Source: an uncultured Bacteroides sp. (GTDB lineage: Bacteria; Bacteroidota; Bacteroidia; Bacteroidales; Bacteroidaceae). From it: a stretch of DNA of 64,000 nt. Each line of letters opens with the position of its first letter. The stretch's first letter is position 1. Below are positions 29,582-42,062 of this stretch, piece after piece. The position numbers and the translations under genes are program-made. The stretch spans positions 48,650 to 112,649 of the forward strand of contig CAMTPH010000001.1 of the NCBI GenBank assembly GCA_947074345.1, in the 5' to 3' direction. The notes under the pieces are model-generated. The model ran no database searches. It was given only the letters and a program-made list of their open reading frames with translations, and had not been told where the DNA came from.

Positions 29582-30901
29582 ATGAAAAACATGATTTTAA
29601 AAATGATTGCCTTCATTGTATTGGCAAATTTTGTAGGCACAATGCATGGCAAAAAGAAAGAAGTGTTTCCTGATGGCACTCCAATTCCTCAATGGTTTTA
29701 TGAAACCAATCCTGTCAACATAGATCAATTGGGCAAGAAGTATGTAGTAACCGATTATGGGGTGGTAACCAATGATAGTAATTTGGTTCAGACTAATCAA
29801 TTGCAACAAATCATTGATATGGCTGCCGACAATGGTGGGGGAGTAATTGTTATTCCCAAAGGAACAATCTTGAGTGGTTCTCTATTCTTTAAACCCAAAA
29901 CTCATCTTTATATAGAAAAAGATGCTACCCTCAAAGGAAGCGATGATATATCTAACTTCCCGGTAGTGATGACACGTATCGAAGGACAATCACTTAAATA
30001 TTTTGCAGCTCTAGTCAATGCAAACGAAGTAAATGGTTTTACGGTATCTGGCGAAGGTACAATCAACGGTAATGGCGAACGTTATTGGAGATCGTTCTGG
30101 TTGCGCAGATCTGTTAACCCTAAATGTACTAACATGGATGAATTGCGCCCTCGATTGCTTTACGTCTCTAATAGCGATGATGTTACGATTAGTGGCGTAA
30201 GACTTATCAACTCGCCTTTTTGGACTACTCATTTCTATCGTTGCAACAATCTGAAATTGCTTAATCTCTATATCTATTCGCCACACGAACCTGTAAAAGC
30301 ACCTAGTACAGATGCCATCGACTTAGATGTGTGTAGCAATGTTTTGATAAAAGGCTGCTATATGTCGGTCAATGATGATGCTATTGCATTAAAGGGTGGT
30401 AAAGGACCTTGGGCCGATCAAGACGAAAATAATGGAGGCAATAAGAATATCATCATCGAAGATTGTACATATGGCTTTTGTCATAGTGCATTGACATGTG
30501 GTAGCGAGTCAATACACAATCGTAATATTGTTTTGCGCCGATGCACTATTGATGGGGCAAATAGATTGCTTTGGTTGAAAATGCGTCCTGATACTCCTCA
30601 GCACTACGAATATATTACTGTTGAAGACATAAAAGGAAGCGTCAATAATTTCTTATTTATCAGACCATGGACTCAGTTCTTCGATTTAAAAGGACGCGAA
30701 GATAAACCGAAGTCTTACTCTAACAATATTACATTGAAGAACATCGACTTGAAATGTACTACCTTCTTCAATGTTAAACCCTCTGAAGATTATTCCTTGA
30801 AAGATTTTGTTTTTGAGAATGTTACTGTTGAAGCTGAAAAGGGCGAATATGATCCTACGGCAATTGAGCAGTTAACCATCAAGAACCTCAAGATAAATTA
30901 A
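29582..30901 (+). CDS. GH28 (rhamnogalacturonan-acting exo-galacturonosidase-like)
   Basis: NSPFWTTH, STDAIDLD, NDDAIALKGG, CHS..CGSE, WLK motifs. Promoter TATATTTG 29548-29555 lies inside the ORF-track extension, so start moved to 29582. Confidence 0.85.
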   Translation: MKNMILKMIAFIVLANFVGTMHGKKKEVFPDGTPIPQWFYETNPVNIDQLGKKYVVTDYGVVTNDSNLVQTNQLQQIIDMAADNGGGVIVIPKGTILSGSLFFKPKTHLYIEKDATLKGSDDISNFPVVMTRIEGQSLKYFAALVNANEVNGFTVSGEGTINGNGERYWRSFWLRRSVNPKCTNMDELRPRLLYVSNSDDVTISGVRLINSPFWTTHFYRCNNLKLLNLYIYSPHEPVKAPSTDAIDLDVCSNVLIKGCYMSVNDDAIALKGGKGPWADQDENNGGNKNIIIEDCTYGFCHSALTCGSESIHNRNIVLRRCTIDGANRLLWLKMRPDTPQHYEYITVEDIKGSVNNFLFIRPWTQFFDLKGREDKPKSYSNNITLKNIDLKCTTFFNVKPSEDYSLKDFVFENVTVEAEKGEYDPTAIEQLTIKNLKIN

Positions 30902-30914
30902 AAGTAACGATTTG

Positions 30915-31002
30915 GTTTCACCCTGTTGAAACAAAAGTTTCACCGCACAGAAACTTTTGTTTTAGTAGGGCGAAACTTTAGTTTCAATGCGGTGAAACTA
31001 AA
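30915..31002. repeat. 22-bp-period palindromic repeat array GTTTCA-N7-GAAAC-N4 (4 units)
   Basis: Units at 30915, 30937, 30959, 30981; same family as 8676-8763. Confidence 0.85.
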
Positions 31003-31321
31003 TTGACTATTTGATAAGTAACTGTAGAATATTACTATCTAAATACTTTTCTACTCCCTATTTAATTGATACTGTAGTTTGATGAGCTAAATTTTATTGA
31101 TAAATTTAGTTGACTCTTAAACTCTCTTCATTCACTCTCACCCCTCTAGCATCTATCTATACCCACGCATATAGTGCAGTATTAGTCTGATTTTATTATC
31201 AACAATATTTATAATCAATCTTGTTGATAATAAAATAATTGCGTTTTATACTGTTTAATTCATTTTTTATTTTTTTATTTGCGCTCTTAAAGTGAAAACA
31301 CGCTAGTAGCTTAATTTATAA

Positions 31322-34702
<3,381 letters not shown>

Positions 34703-34724
34703 TTGAATTGCTTTATTAAAACTG

Positions 34725-34755
34725 AAAAAGGATTACCAAGTGGTAATCCTTTTTT
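34725..34755. terminator. Bidirectional intrinsic terminator
   Basis: AAAAAGGATTACCA-AG-TGGTAATCCTTTTTT between convergent GH2 and ribD. Confidence 0.9.
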
Positions 34756-34758
34756 AGT

Positions 34759-35811
34759 TTATCTAAGATAATGCCATATATCAACACCGAAGTGTTTTTG
34801 GCATTCTATTGTCGATGATTGGGTTATTATTGGAGCTTCTACACCCTCTTTGAGTTTTATATCGGCTTTCTCTACAAATGCTTCATCCCATAAATCTTCT
34901 CTAATGAATGATTGGAGCAAGGTGCTTCCACCCTCTACCATCAAAGAGTGTATTCCTTTTTTATAAAGGGTATGCAATATCTGTTGTAGCGGATTATCTC
35001 TAAAATCGATTGTGATATATTCGTTCTTTAATGTCTCATCAATCTGTTTTGAAAGGCTAGTGAAGATGATGGTTTCCGCTTCATCGTTCAGCAAAGGATT
35101 ATCGGCTTTTATCTTTAACTCTCTATCTACTACTATGCGTTTAGGGTTGTTGCCTTCCCAATTGCGAACCGTTAAACTTGGGTTATCAAGCAGTGCGGTG
35201 CGAGTGCCTACCATAATACCATCTATGTCTGCTCTACGTTTATGAACAAGCATCGAAGTCAACTCTGTAGATAGTTTGGCAGCACTTCCGCCTGTACGGT
35301 TAATATCCATAAAACCATCCGAAGATTCAGCCCATTTTAAAGTAATGTAAGGGCGTTGTAATGTATGAGCAGTAATGAATGTGCGAATTAACCAACGGCA
35401 CTCTTCTTCCATCACTCCAACTATCACTTCTCGATTGGCCACTTGTAGTTTCTTAATGCCTTGTCCGGCTACTTTAGAGAATGGATCTTGGCAACCAATA
35501 ACGATGCGTGGTATCTTCTTCTCAATAATTAGATCGGCACATGGGGGCGTTTTACCATAATGCGAACATGGTTCTAAGCTTACATAGATGGTTGAACGGC
35601 TGAGTAATGATGGGTCTTTAACCGAATTAATTGCATTAACTTCGGCATGGGCTTCTCCGCATTTTCGGTGATATCCTTCACCTATTATCTTATTATCACA
35701 AACAATAACAGCACCCACCATCGGGTTGGGCGATACATTGCCTAACCCATTCATGGCTAACTCGATGCAACGCTGCATGTATTGTTTATCTATTGTGGTT
35801 GAATTATTCAT
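34759..35811 (-). CDS. ribD: Riboflavin biosynthesis deaminase/reductase
   Basis: PNPMVGAV, HAEV, LEPCSHYGKTPPC, DNPSLTVR, VEGG. Promoter TATCTTTG 35859-35866 (minus). Confidence 0.96.
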   Translation of the reverse strand: MNNSTTIDKQYMQRCIELAMNGLGNVSPNPMVGAVIVCDNKIIGEGYHRKCGEAHAEVNAINSVKDPSLLSRSTIYVSLEPCSHYGKTPPCADLIIEKKIPRIVIGCQDPFSKVAGQGIKKLQVANREVIVGVMEEECRWLIRTFITAHTLQRPYITLKWAESSDGFMDINRTGGSAAKLSTELTSMLVHKRRADIDGIMVGTRTALLDNPSLTVRNWEGNNPKRIVVDRELKIKADNPLLNDEAETIIFTSLSKQIDETLKNEYITIDFRDNPLQQILHTLYKKGIHSLMVEGGSTLLQSFIREDLWDEAFVEKADIKLKEGVEAPIITQSSTIECQKHFGVDIWHYLR

Positions 35812-36136
35812 AATCGATTCTTTGAATGTATTGTAATATTCAATTGTCTCTCTTCTTGCAAAGATAGTTTTTAGTTATTAAGAATAAACGCAGTGCAAAT
35901 CAATAATTTTTGTACGGCACTGTTTAAGCTCATCATATGAAAGCTCTTTGTTAATTAACGTCTATTAATTATTATTCTTTTATTCTACGATTTATGCCCT
36001 TTTAGGAGTAATTCTTAAAGGGAATATAACAATATATTTAAGTATTTTTGCCTCATAAACCTTTTTATGTAATAGCACCTATTTCACTGCTTTACATAAT
36101 GCAATTAATTTTTCTTATATCTTACTTATTCTATTT

Positions 36137-39100
36137 ATGAAGAAATTAACCGCCTTATTATTGTCTTTCTTGGCGATATCTTATTCTTGGGGACAACGCA
36201 CCCCTTCACATCCAGTCGATATTAAAGATGTAGGTGCCAATCTGCACACGATTATTGACGCTTGGGAACCAGGTGTTGCACCGGGAACAGTTACCGAAAT
36301 GGATGAGCAATTTTATATTTCACGTGTCAGATTAATGCCTCGTATCGAAGATGGCGATTATAGAATACATGAAACAGTTAGTCCCGATTGTAAACTGTTT
36401 ATGTGGGTTCCATTGGATGATCCTACTACTCGTTGGAAAGGTCTGCCTAGATATGTATTCGAAGGTGATAACTTTAGTCTTTGGTCGTATGTTGATGTAC
36501 ATGGCAACTGGACTGCTCCTTGGATGCGTGTAACTGCCGGTATGAGCGATGTTGCTCATAAGAATGGGGTAGAGGTAGGTTGCGTTATTAGTATTCCTTG
36601 GGGACAAACGGTAAACGAAACTACTGAAGATGCTCACTCTAAAACACTTCATAAACTTCTTACTAAAGATGAAAAAGGCAACTTTGTATATACAAGAAAG
36701 TTGCTCGAACTAATGAAATATTATGGTATCGATGGATTGGGTATCAACTCTGAATTCAGAAGTAACCCACAATTCATGCAAGACCTTATCGAACTATTTG
36801 CCGATTGCCACGAAAAAGGCAAAGAGGTGGGTTGGGATTTCCAATTGCAATGGTACGATGGTACTAATACTGCCGGTAGAATCATGTTTGATAGAGGCTT
36901 GTCTCAACATAACAAAGAGTTGTTTGGTGATAAAGATGGTATCATATCAGACTTGATGTTTGCTAACTATAACTGGACTGACTCATTATTGCAAGTTTCT
37001 GTTGAAACTGCACAGTCTATGGGACGTAACAGTTATGATTACTATGCCGGTATGGATATTCAGAAAGATGGTTTGGCTTACGATGAATGGCCTGCTCTTC
37101 ATAAACATCCTATCTCTATTGGTATTTGGGGTGCTCATACTCAAAACCTAATGCATCAAAGTGCAACTGATAATGGTTGCTCTGACTTAGCAATTCAAAA
37201 TACGTATTTAGAGAAACAAGAGTTAATCTTCTCGGGTGGTAACCGTAATCCGGGTTTACTTCCTGATATGCGTGTTGACTGTACATTAGCAAACCATGAT
37301 TTACAAACATTCCATGGGTTGGCTACATTCATTTCGGCTAAATCAACTCTTCAACAACTGCCTTTTGTTACTCGCTTTAGCTTAGGAAATGGTTTGTTTT
37401 ACAACCTAGAAGGTAAAACAATCTCTTCTAACAAATGGTACAATGTAGGTATGCAAGATTATATGCCTACTTGGAGATTCTGGATTACCGATCGCAATGA
37501 TGTTGTTACTAACGAGAATATCAACAAGTTGGTTAAAGCAAATCTAACATTCGAAGATGCATGGTTTGGGGGTTCTAGCTTGAAGCTTCATGGTGCAACA
37601 GAATTCTCACGTGTGAAGTTGTTTAAAACGAAATTAGCAACTACTCCTAATAGTAATTTCTCAATCACTTATAAAGTTCAGAATGGAACAGCACCAAAAG
37701 CTAAACTGTTTATTAGTAAAATAGGTTCGTTGACTGATTATAAGGAAGTGTCATTGCCTGCTGCTGGTACTCAAAACGATTGGACTACATTCATTTTTCC
37801 TGCGTCAGAGTTAGGATTAAAGATGGGTGATGAAGTAGCAATGATCGGTTTGACTGTTGAAAATACTTCTGATGATTATGGTTTGTTGATTGGTGAACTT
37901 TCAATCACTGAACCAACTCAAAACTTTAATCCAATTCAACCTGCCATTAAAGAAGTTGAACTATTGAGAGGTCGTTACAACGAGCTTGATTTCAAAGTGA
38001 GATATGCAAGCAAAGAAGAAAGCGGCGATATGAAGACGTATAACGACGAAGTTGATACTTGGTATTATGAAGTCTTCATTCAACAAAAAGGACATGATGA
38101 ATTGTATGTAACTGCTACTCCTTCGTGGGCGGCATATGTAATTGGTGCTCCTATCATTGCTGATGGAACTAACCGTAATATGCGTTTTGGTGTGCGTGCT
38201 GTATCTCCTGATGGAAAGAAGAAATCTGCTATCAGCTGGACTGAATACCAAGAGATTCCATACAATGATCCTTTGGAGACTTTAGTAATCGATAAGTCGG
38301 TGATTGGTATCAATGATCCTTTTACAATCAGCTTTGAAGATTATATGCAAAAGCCTGCACAGAAGTGGGTTTTGAAGAATGCATTGACAAATCAAGTTAG
38401 TGCTACTGTTGAAAATACTGCTTCGGCAACATTTAACTTGGCCAACGAAGGTCAATATGATCTTTATATTACTGATAGTAATGGCAAAGAAAGAGTAGTA
38501 AAAGGATATGTTCTTGTTACTCCTTTAAAGAATGTAGCTGCCGAAAAGAAAGCTGTTAAAAAGAAATCTAAACGTCAAGAGATTGAAGTTGCATCCGTAT
38601 CTCGTGGTTTAGCAATCAAAGATCCTGATATGCTTAAGCTTGATGAACAAATTGGTGCTACTGATAATTATACATTGGCATTCTGGTTTAAAGCTGATGA
38701 GTGGTTACACGATAGACATGGTACTAACCTAATCAACCGTCGTGACTTTAAAGCTACTTGGCCACAAAATAACTGGGGAACATTCTGGGTTCATGTTTGG
38801 CCTAAAGATGCTCACGAAGGTGTGAATGCTGAAGTTGTTTCATTTACGCAACATAATCAAAAGAAATCTCCTAAGTTCTCAGAGAGTATTCATGAAGGAC
38901 CTAATGGCATTTGTATGGCAAACGACTTCTCTGTTCCTGCTGATGTTTGGACTCACGTTGCAATTGCAATTGGTGGAGGCAAACAAGAATTGTGGCTGAA
39001 TGGAAAGAAAGTAGCTTCTATCGATATCGAGTTTGGTGGTGATAACAGAAAAGGTAATTCGGGTGAGCATCCATTCTATACTTATATTGGTGGACCAAAT

Positions 39101-39442
39101 GTGTATCATACTGGTTTGTTCGGAACAATTGATGATGTACAGGCATGGAATAAAGTATTGAACGAAGAGGAGATGCTTGATGCCATGAAAGGTTACTATG
39201 GTCGCGAAATACCTCAATCATTGATTGGTTATTGGGATTTCGAGAATGCTGTAATTGATGAAGATGGAGTAGTTTCTTCTTTTGAAAATAAAGGTACCGG
39301 AGGCGATATGAAAGCAAGTGTTGTTAAGATTATCAATTCAGGTGGAGAGAAAACAGCCAACGCAAGTCTTGAGAGTTCTAAAGCGGATAACTCAGTTATG
39401 GGTAATCCTTACCTAAAAGGATCATTCAAGATTAAGAAATAA
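36137..39442 (+). CDS. GH85-like endo-beta-N-acetylglucosaminidase with C-terminal LamG/concanavalin-like domain
   Basis: Signal peptide; FSLWSYVD, AHKNGV, YYGIDGLGINSE (N-x-E catalytic pair), WYDG, FANYNW, LPFVTRF.LGNG, QDYMPTW, WFGGSSL; LamG WTHVAI...WLNG...IDDVQAWN. Promoter TATTTTTG 36043-36050. Confidence 0.75.
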   Translation: MKKLTALLLSFLAISYSWGQRTPSHPVDIKDVGANLHTIIDAWEPGVAPGTVTEMDEQFYISRVRLMPRIEDGDYRIHETVSPDCKLFMWVPLDDPTTRWKGLPRYVFEGDNFSLWSYVDVHGNWTAPWMRVTAGMSDVAHKNGVEVGCVISIPWGQTVNETTEDAHSKTLHKLLTKDEKGNFVYTRKLLELMKYYGIDGLGINSEFRSNPQFMQDLIELFADCHEKGKEVGWDFQLQWYDGTNTAGRIMFDRGLSQHNKELFGDKDGIISDLMFANYNWTDSLLQVSVETAQSMGRNSYDYYAGMDIQKDGLAYDEWPALHKHPISIGIWGAHTQNLMHQSATDNGCSDLAIQNTYLEKQELIFSGGNRNPGLLPDMRVDCTLANHDLQTFHGLATFISAKSTLQQLPFVTRFSLGNGLFYNLEGKTISSNKWYNVGMQDYMPTWRFWITDRNDVVTNENINKLVKANLTFEDAWFGGSSLKLHGATEFSRVKLFKTKLATTPNSNFSITYKVQNGTAPKAKLFISKIGSLTDYKEVSLPAAGTQNDWTTFIFPASELGLKMGDEVAMIGLTVENTSDDYGLLIGELSITEPTQNFNPIQPAIKEVELLRGRYNELDFKVRYASKEESGDMKTYNDEVDTWYYEVFIQQKGHDELYVTATPSWAAYVIGAPIIADGTNRNMRFGVRAVSPDGKKKSAISWTEYQEIPYNDPLETLVIDKSVIGINDPFTISFEDYMQKPAQKWVLKNALTNQVSATVENTASATFNLANEGQYDLYITDSNGKERVVKGYVLVTPLKNVAAEKKAVKKKSKRQEIEVASVSRGLAIKDPDMLKLDEQIGATDNYTLAFWFKADEWLHDRHGTNLINRRDFKATWPQNNWGTFWVHVWPKDAHEGVNAEVVSFTQHNQKKSPKFSESIHEGPNGICMANDFSVPADVWTHVAIAIGGGKQELWLNGKKVASIDIEFGGDNRKGNSGEHPFYTYIGGPNVYHTGLFGTIDDVQAWNKVLNEEEMLDAMKGYYGREIPQSLIGYWDFENAVIDEDGVVSSFENKGTGGDMKASVVKIINSGGEKTANASLESSKADNSVMGNPYLKGSFKIKK

Positions 39443-39511
39443 AAAGAGTCATACTTAATGGGTTCAAACGCAATTTTCACTAATTTGCGTCACAAATTTA
39501 AATTCCAATAT

Positions 39512-40354
39512 ATGAATAGAGTGTCTATACATATTAAAGAGGTACTGAAAGATATCTATCCTCCCGAAGAGATCAAAAGCTTAGTTATGATTATCTGGTG
39601 CGATTTATTAGGGAAGAAAGCAATTGATATCTATTTAGAACGTGATGTTGATCTATCGGTTAGTGAAAATGAATTGTTGGAGAATACGCTTCAACGCATG
39701 TTGCGCTTTGAACCCATTCAGTATATTTTAGGAACTACACAGTTTTGTAATCACTCTTTTCAGGTTGGACCGGGAGTTTTAATTCCTCGACCTGAAACTC
39801 AAGAGTTGGTAGAACTCATTGTTAAAGAGAATACTTCAACATCACCAACCATATTAGATATAGGTACAGGTAGTGGATGCATTGCTATCTCTTTATCGCT
39901 TGCTTTGCCCGAAGCACATGTTTATGCTTGGGATGTGTCAAATGATGCTTTAGCTATTGCTTGTTCTAATAATAAGGAGTTAAATGCTAAAGTAAACTTT
40001 GAGCAATGTGATGTACTATCTGATATTGAATACAATAACCTACCTGCTTTTGATATTATAGTTAGCAACCCTCCTTATATAACGCAATCCGAAAAAGTTG
40101 ATATGGATCATCATGTACTCGATTGGGAACCCGATTTGGCTTTGTTTGTCGAAGATCATGATCCGCTTCTGTTTTATCGACGAATAGCCGAACATGGAAA
40201 ACAACTCCTTAAAAAAGGTGGACAGTTATATTATGAGATTAATAGAGCTTATGGACTTGAAACAGTTCAGATGCTTCAAGAATTGGGATACACAGATTGT
40301 CGTGTGCTGAAAGATTTTTATGGCAACGACCGTATTGTTACCGGTTGTAAATAA
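39512..40354 (+). CDS. prmC: Peptide chain release factor N5-glutamine methyltransferase
   Basis: EPIQYILG, VLIPRPET, LDIGTGSGCIA, SNPPY. Start set at MNRVS. Confidence 0.95.
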   Translation: MNRVSIHIKEVLKDIYPPEEIKSLVMIIWCDLLGKKAIDIYLERDVDLSVSENELLENTLQRMLRFEPIQYILGTTQFCNHSFQVGPGVLIPRPETQELVELIVKENTSTSPTILDIGTGSGCIAISLSLALPEAHVYAWDVSNDALAIACSNNKELNAKVNFEQCDVLSDIEYNNLPAFDIIVSNPPYITQSEKVDMDHHVLDWEPDLALFVEDHDPLLFYRRIAEHGKQLLKKGGQLYYEINRAYGLETVQMLQELGYTDCRVLKDFYGNDRIVTGCK

Positions 40355-40360
40355 CAAGAT

Positions 40361-40825
40361 ATGATTAAAGAAGATATAGCACTAAATAAATTAGCATCAT
40401 ACTGCGTTTCTTCCGAAAGATGTAAATCTGATTTGATTGATAAACTTAAACGTTGGGAGCTTCCTGTTGATGCAATTGAAAGAGTGATAGCTAAGCTCGA
40501 AAAAGAGAAGTTTATCGACGAAGAGCGTTTCTGTAGAGCATTTGTAAAAGATAAGTTTAGATTTGCCAAATGGGGAAAGAAGAAAATAGCTCAAGCATTG
40601 TACTATAAGAATATATCTCAATCTATTTCTTATAAATATCTTGATGAGATTAACCAAGAAGAATATATTGAGTTATTGACTGATTTATTGAATGCAAAAC
40701 GTAAAACTATACGTGCTAAAGATGCTTTCGAACTAAATGGTAAGTTAATTCGTTTTGCTTTAAGCAGAGGTTTTGAATTTGAAGACATTAAACTTTGCAT
40801 AGCAGACGCTGATTGTCAAGAGTAG
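40361..40825 (+). CDS. recX: Regulatory protein RecX
   Basis: YC..SERC...KL..W, FIDEERF, KWGKKKI...L, FALSRGF. Confidence 0.88.
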   Translation: MIKEDIALNKLASYCVSSERCKSDLIDKLKRWELPVDAIERVIAKLEKEKFIDEERFCRAFVKDKFRFAKWGKKKIAQALYYKNISQSISYKYLDEINQEEYIELLTDLLNAKRKTIRAKDAFELNGKLIRFALSRGFEFEDIKLCIADADCQE

Positions 40826-40851
40826 AGAAATAAAAATATTATCTATCTTCT

Positions 40852-40882
40852 TTTGTGATTCGTTCTATTTTCTATATTTTTG
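40852..40882 (+). promoter_or_regulatory. -33/-7 promoter of pyrE
   Basis: TTTG 40852-40855, 19 nt, TATTTTTG 40875-40882. Confidence 0.7.
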
Positions 40883-40911
40883 CATTGAATAATAACCAAG
40901 TTTATTTAGTT

Positions 40912-41550
40912 ATGAAAACTTTAGAAAGATTGTTTGCTGAGAAGCTACTGAAGATTAAAGCGATAAAACTACAACCTGATAATCCTTTTACATGGGCTTC
41001 GGGATGGAAATCGCCTTTTTACTGCGATAACCGCAAAACTCTTTCATATCCTTCACTTCGTACATTCGTAAAAATTGAGATTACTCGCTTAGTACTTGAA
41101 AAGTTTGGGCAAGTAGACGCTATAGCAGGTGTTGCAACTGGAGCAATACCACAAGGTGTATTGGTTGCAGAAGCACTAAATTTACCTTTTGTATATGTAC
41201 GAGCTACACCCAAAGATCATGGTTTAGAAAACTTGATTGAAGGTGAATTGCGACCAGGTATGAAAGTGGTTGTAATTGAAGACCTGATATCTACAGGTGG
41301 AAGTAGTTTGAAAGCTGTTGAGGCTATTCGTCGTGATGGTTGTGAAGTAATCGGTATGGTTGCTGCATATACTTATGGCTTCCCTGTAGCAGTAAAAGCG
41401 TTTAAAGATGCAAAAGTTCCTTTGGTTACTCTTACCAACTATGAAGCTGTAATTGACGTTGCTCTACGTACAGGATATATTGAAGATACTGATGTAGATG
41501 CGTTAAATGAATGGCGCAAGGATCCCGCTCATTGGGAACCAGGTAAGTAA
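40912..41550 (+). CDS. pyrE: Orotate phosphoribosyltransferase
   Basis: FTWASGWKSPFYCDNR, VATGAIP, VVIEDLISTGGS PRPP motif. Start moved to MKTLE. Confidence 0.96.
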   Translation: MKTLERLFAEKLLKIKAIKLQPDNPFTWASGWKSPFYCDNRKTLSYPSLRTFVKIEITRLVLEKFGQVDAIAGVATGAIPQGVLVAEALNLPFVYVRATPKDHGLENLIEGELRPGMKVVVIEDLISTGGSSLKAVEAIRRDGCEVIGMVAAYTYGFPVAVKAFKDAKVPLVTLTNYEAVIDVALRTGYIEDTDVDALNEWRKDPAHWEPGK

Positions 41551-41644
41551 GACCTAATTGATAATAAAAATTTGATGAAGGAAGGACTTTTCGGACAATA
41601 CTCTGTTCGAAGTGTTCTTCTTTTGTCTTTAAAACAGCCTTAAT

Positions 41645-42055
41645 ATGACTAAATTTGAAAGTAGTGTAAAAGTTATACCTTATTCTCAAGAGCGTGTTTA
41701 CAATAAGATTTCTGATTTAAGTAATTTAGAATCTTTGAAAGGCCGCTTGCCTGAAGATAAAGTCAAAGATATAAGCTTTGATACTGATACTTTAAGTTTC
41801 AATGCTGCTCCTGTGGGACAGATAACTTTAAAGATTGTAGAGAGAGAACCAACAAAGTGTGTGAAACTTGAAACTACTAACTCACCACTTCCATTCAATA
41901 TGTGGATACAATTAGTTCCTGTTACTGAAAGCGAATGCAAAGTAAAAGTAACTATTGGTATGGAGATAAACCCTTTTATGAAGACAATGATTCAAAAACC
42001 ACTGAACGACGGTTTAGAAAAGATGGTTGACATGTTGTCTTTGATTCAATATTAA
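41645..42055 (+). CDS. SRPBCC/polyketide-cyclase-like family protein
   Basis: VYNKISDLSNL N-terminus, C-terminal helix NPFMKTMIQKPL; position after pyrE. Confidence 0.7.
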   Translation: MTKFESSVKVIPYSQERVYNKISDLSNLESLKGRLPEDKVKDISFDTDTLSFNAAPVGQITLKIVEREPTKCVKLETTNSPLPFNMWIQLVPVTESECKVKVTIGMEINPFMKTMIQKPLNDGLEKMVDMLSLIQY

Positions 42056-42062
42056 TTTTCTT

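Noticed and set aside
30915-31002. 22-bp arrays as a mini-CRISPR or as parS sites
   Set aside because: Variable parts are only 7 and 4 bp and mutually complementary, and there are no cas genes. parS (TGTTTCACGTGAAACA) has a much shorter centre than GTTTCA-N7-GAAAC.
31080-31240. Pyrimidine-rich tract and AT-rich hairpins upstream of GH2 as an ncRNA
   Set aside because: No recognisable RNA family, and the low-complexity AT-rich pairing is not distinctive.
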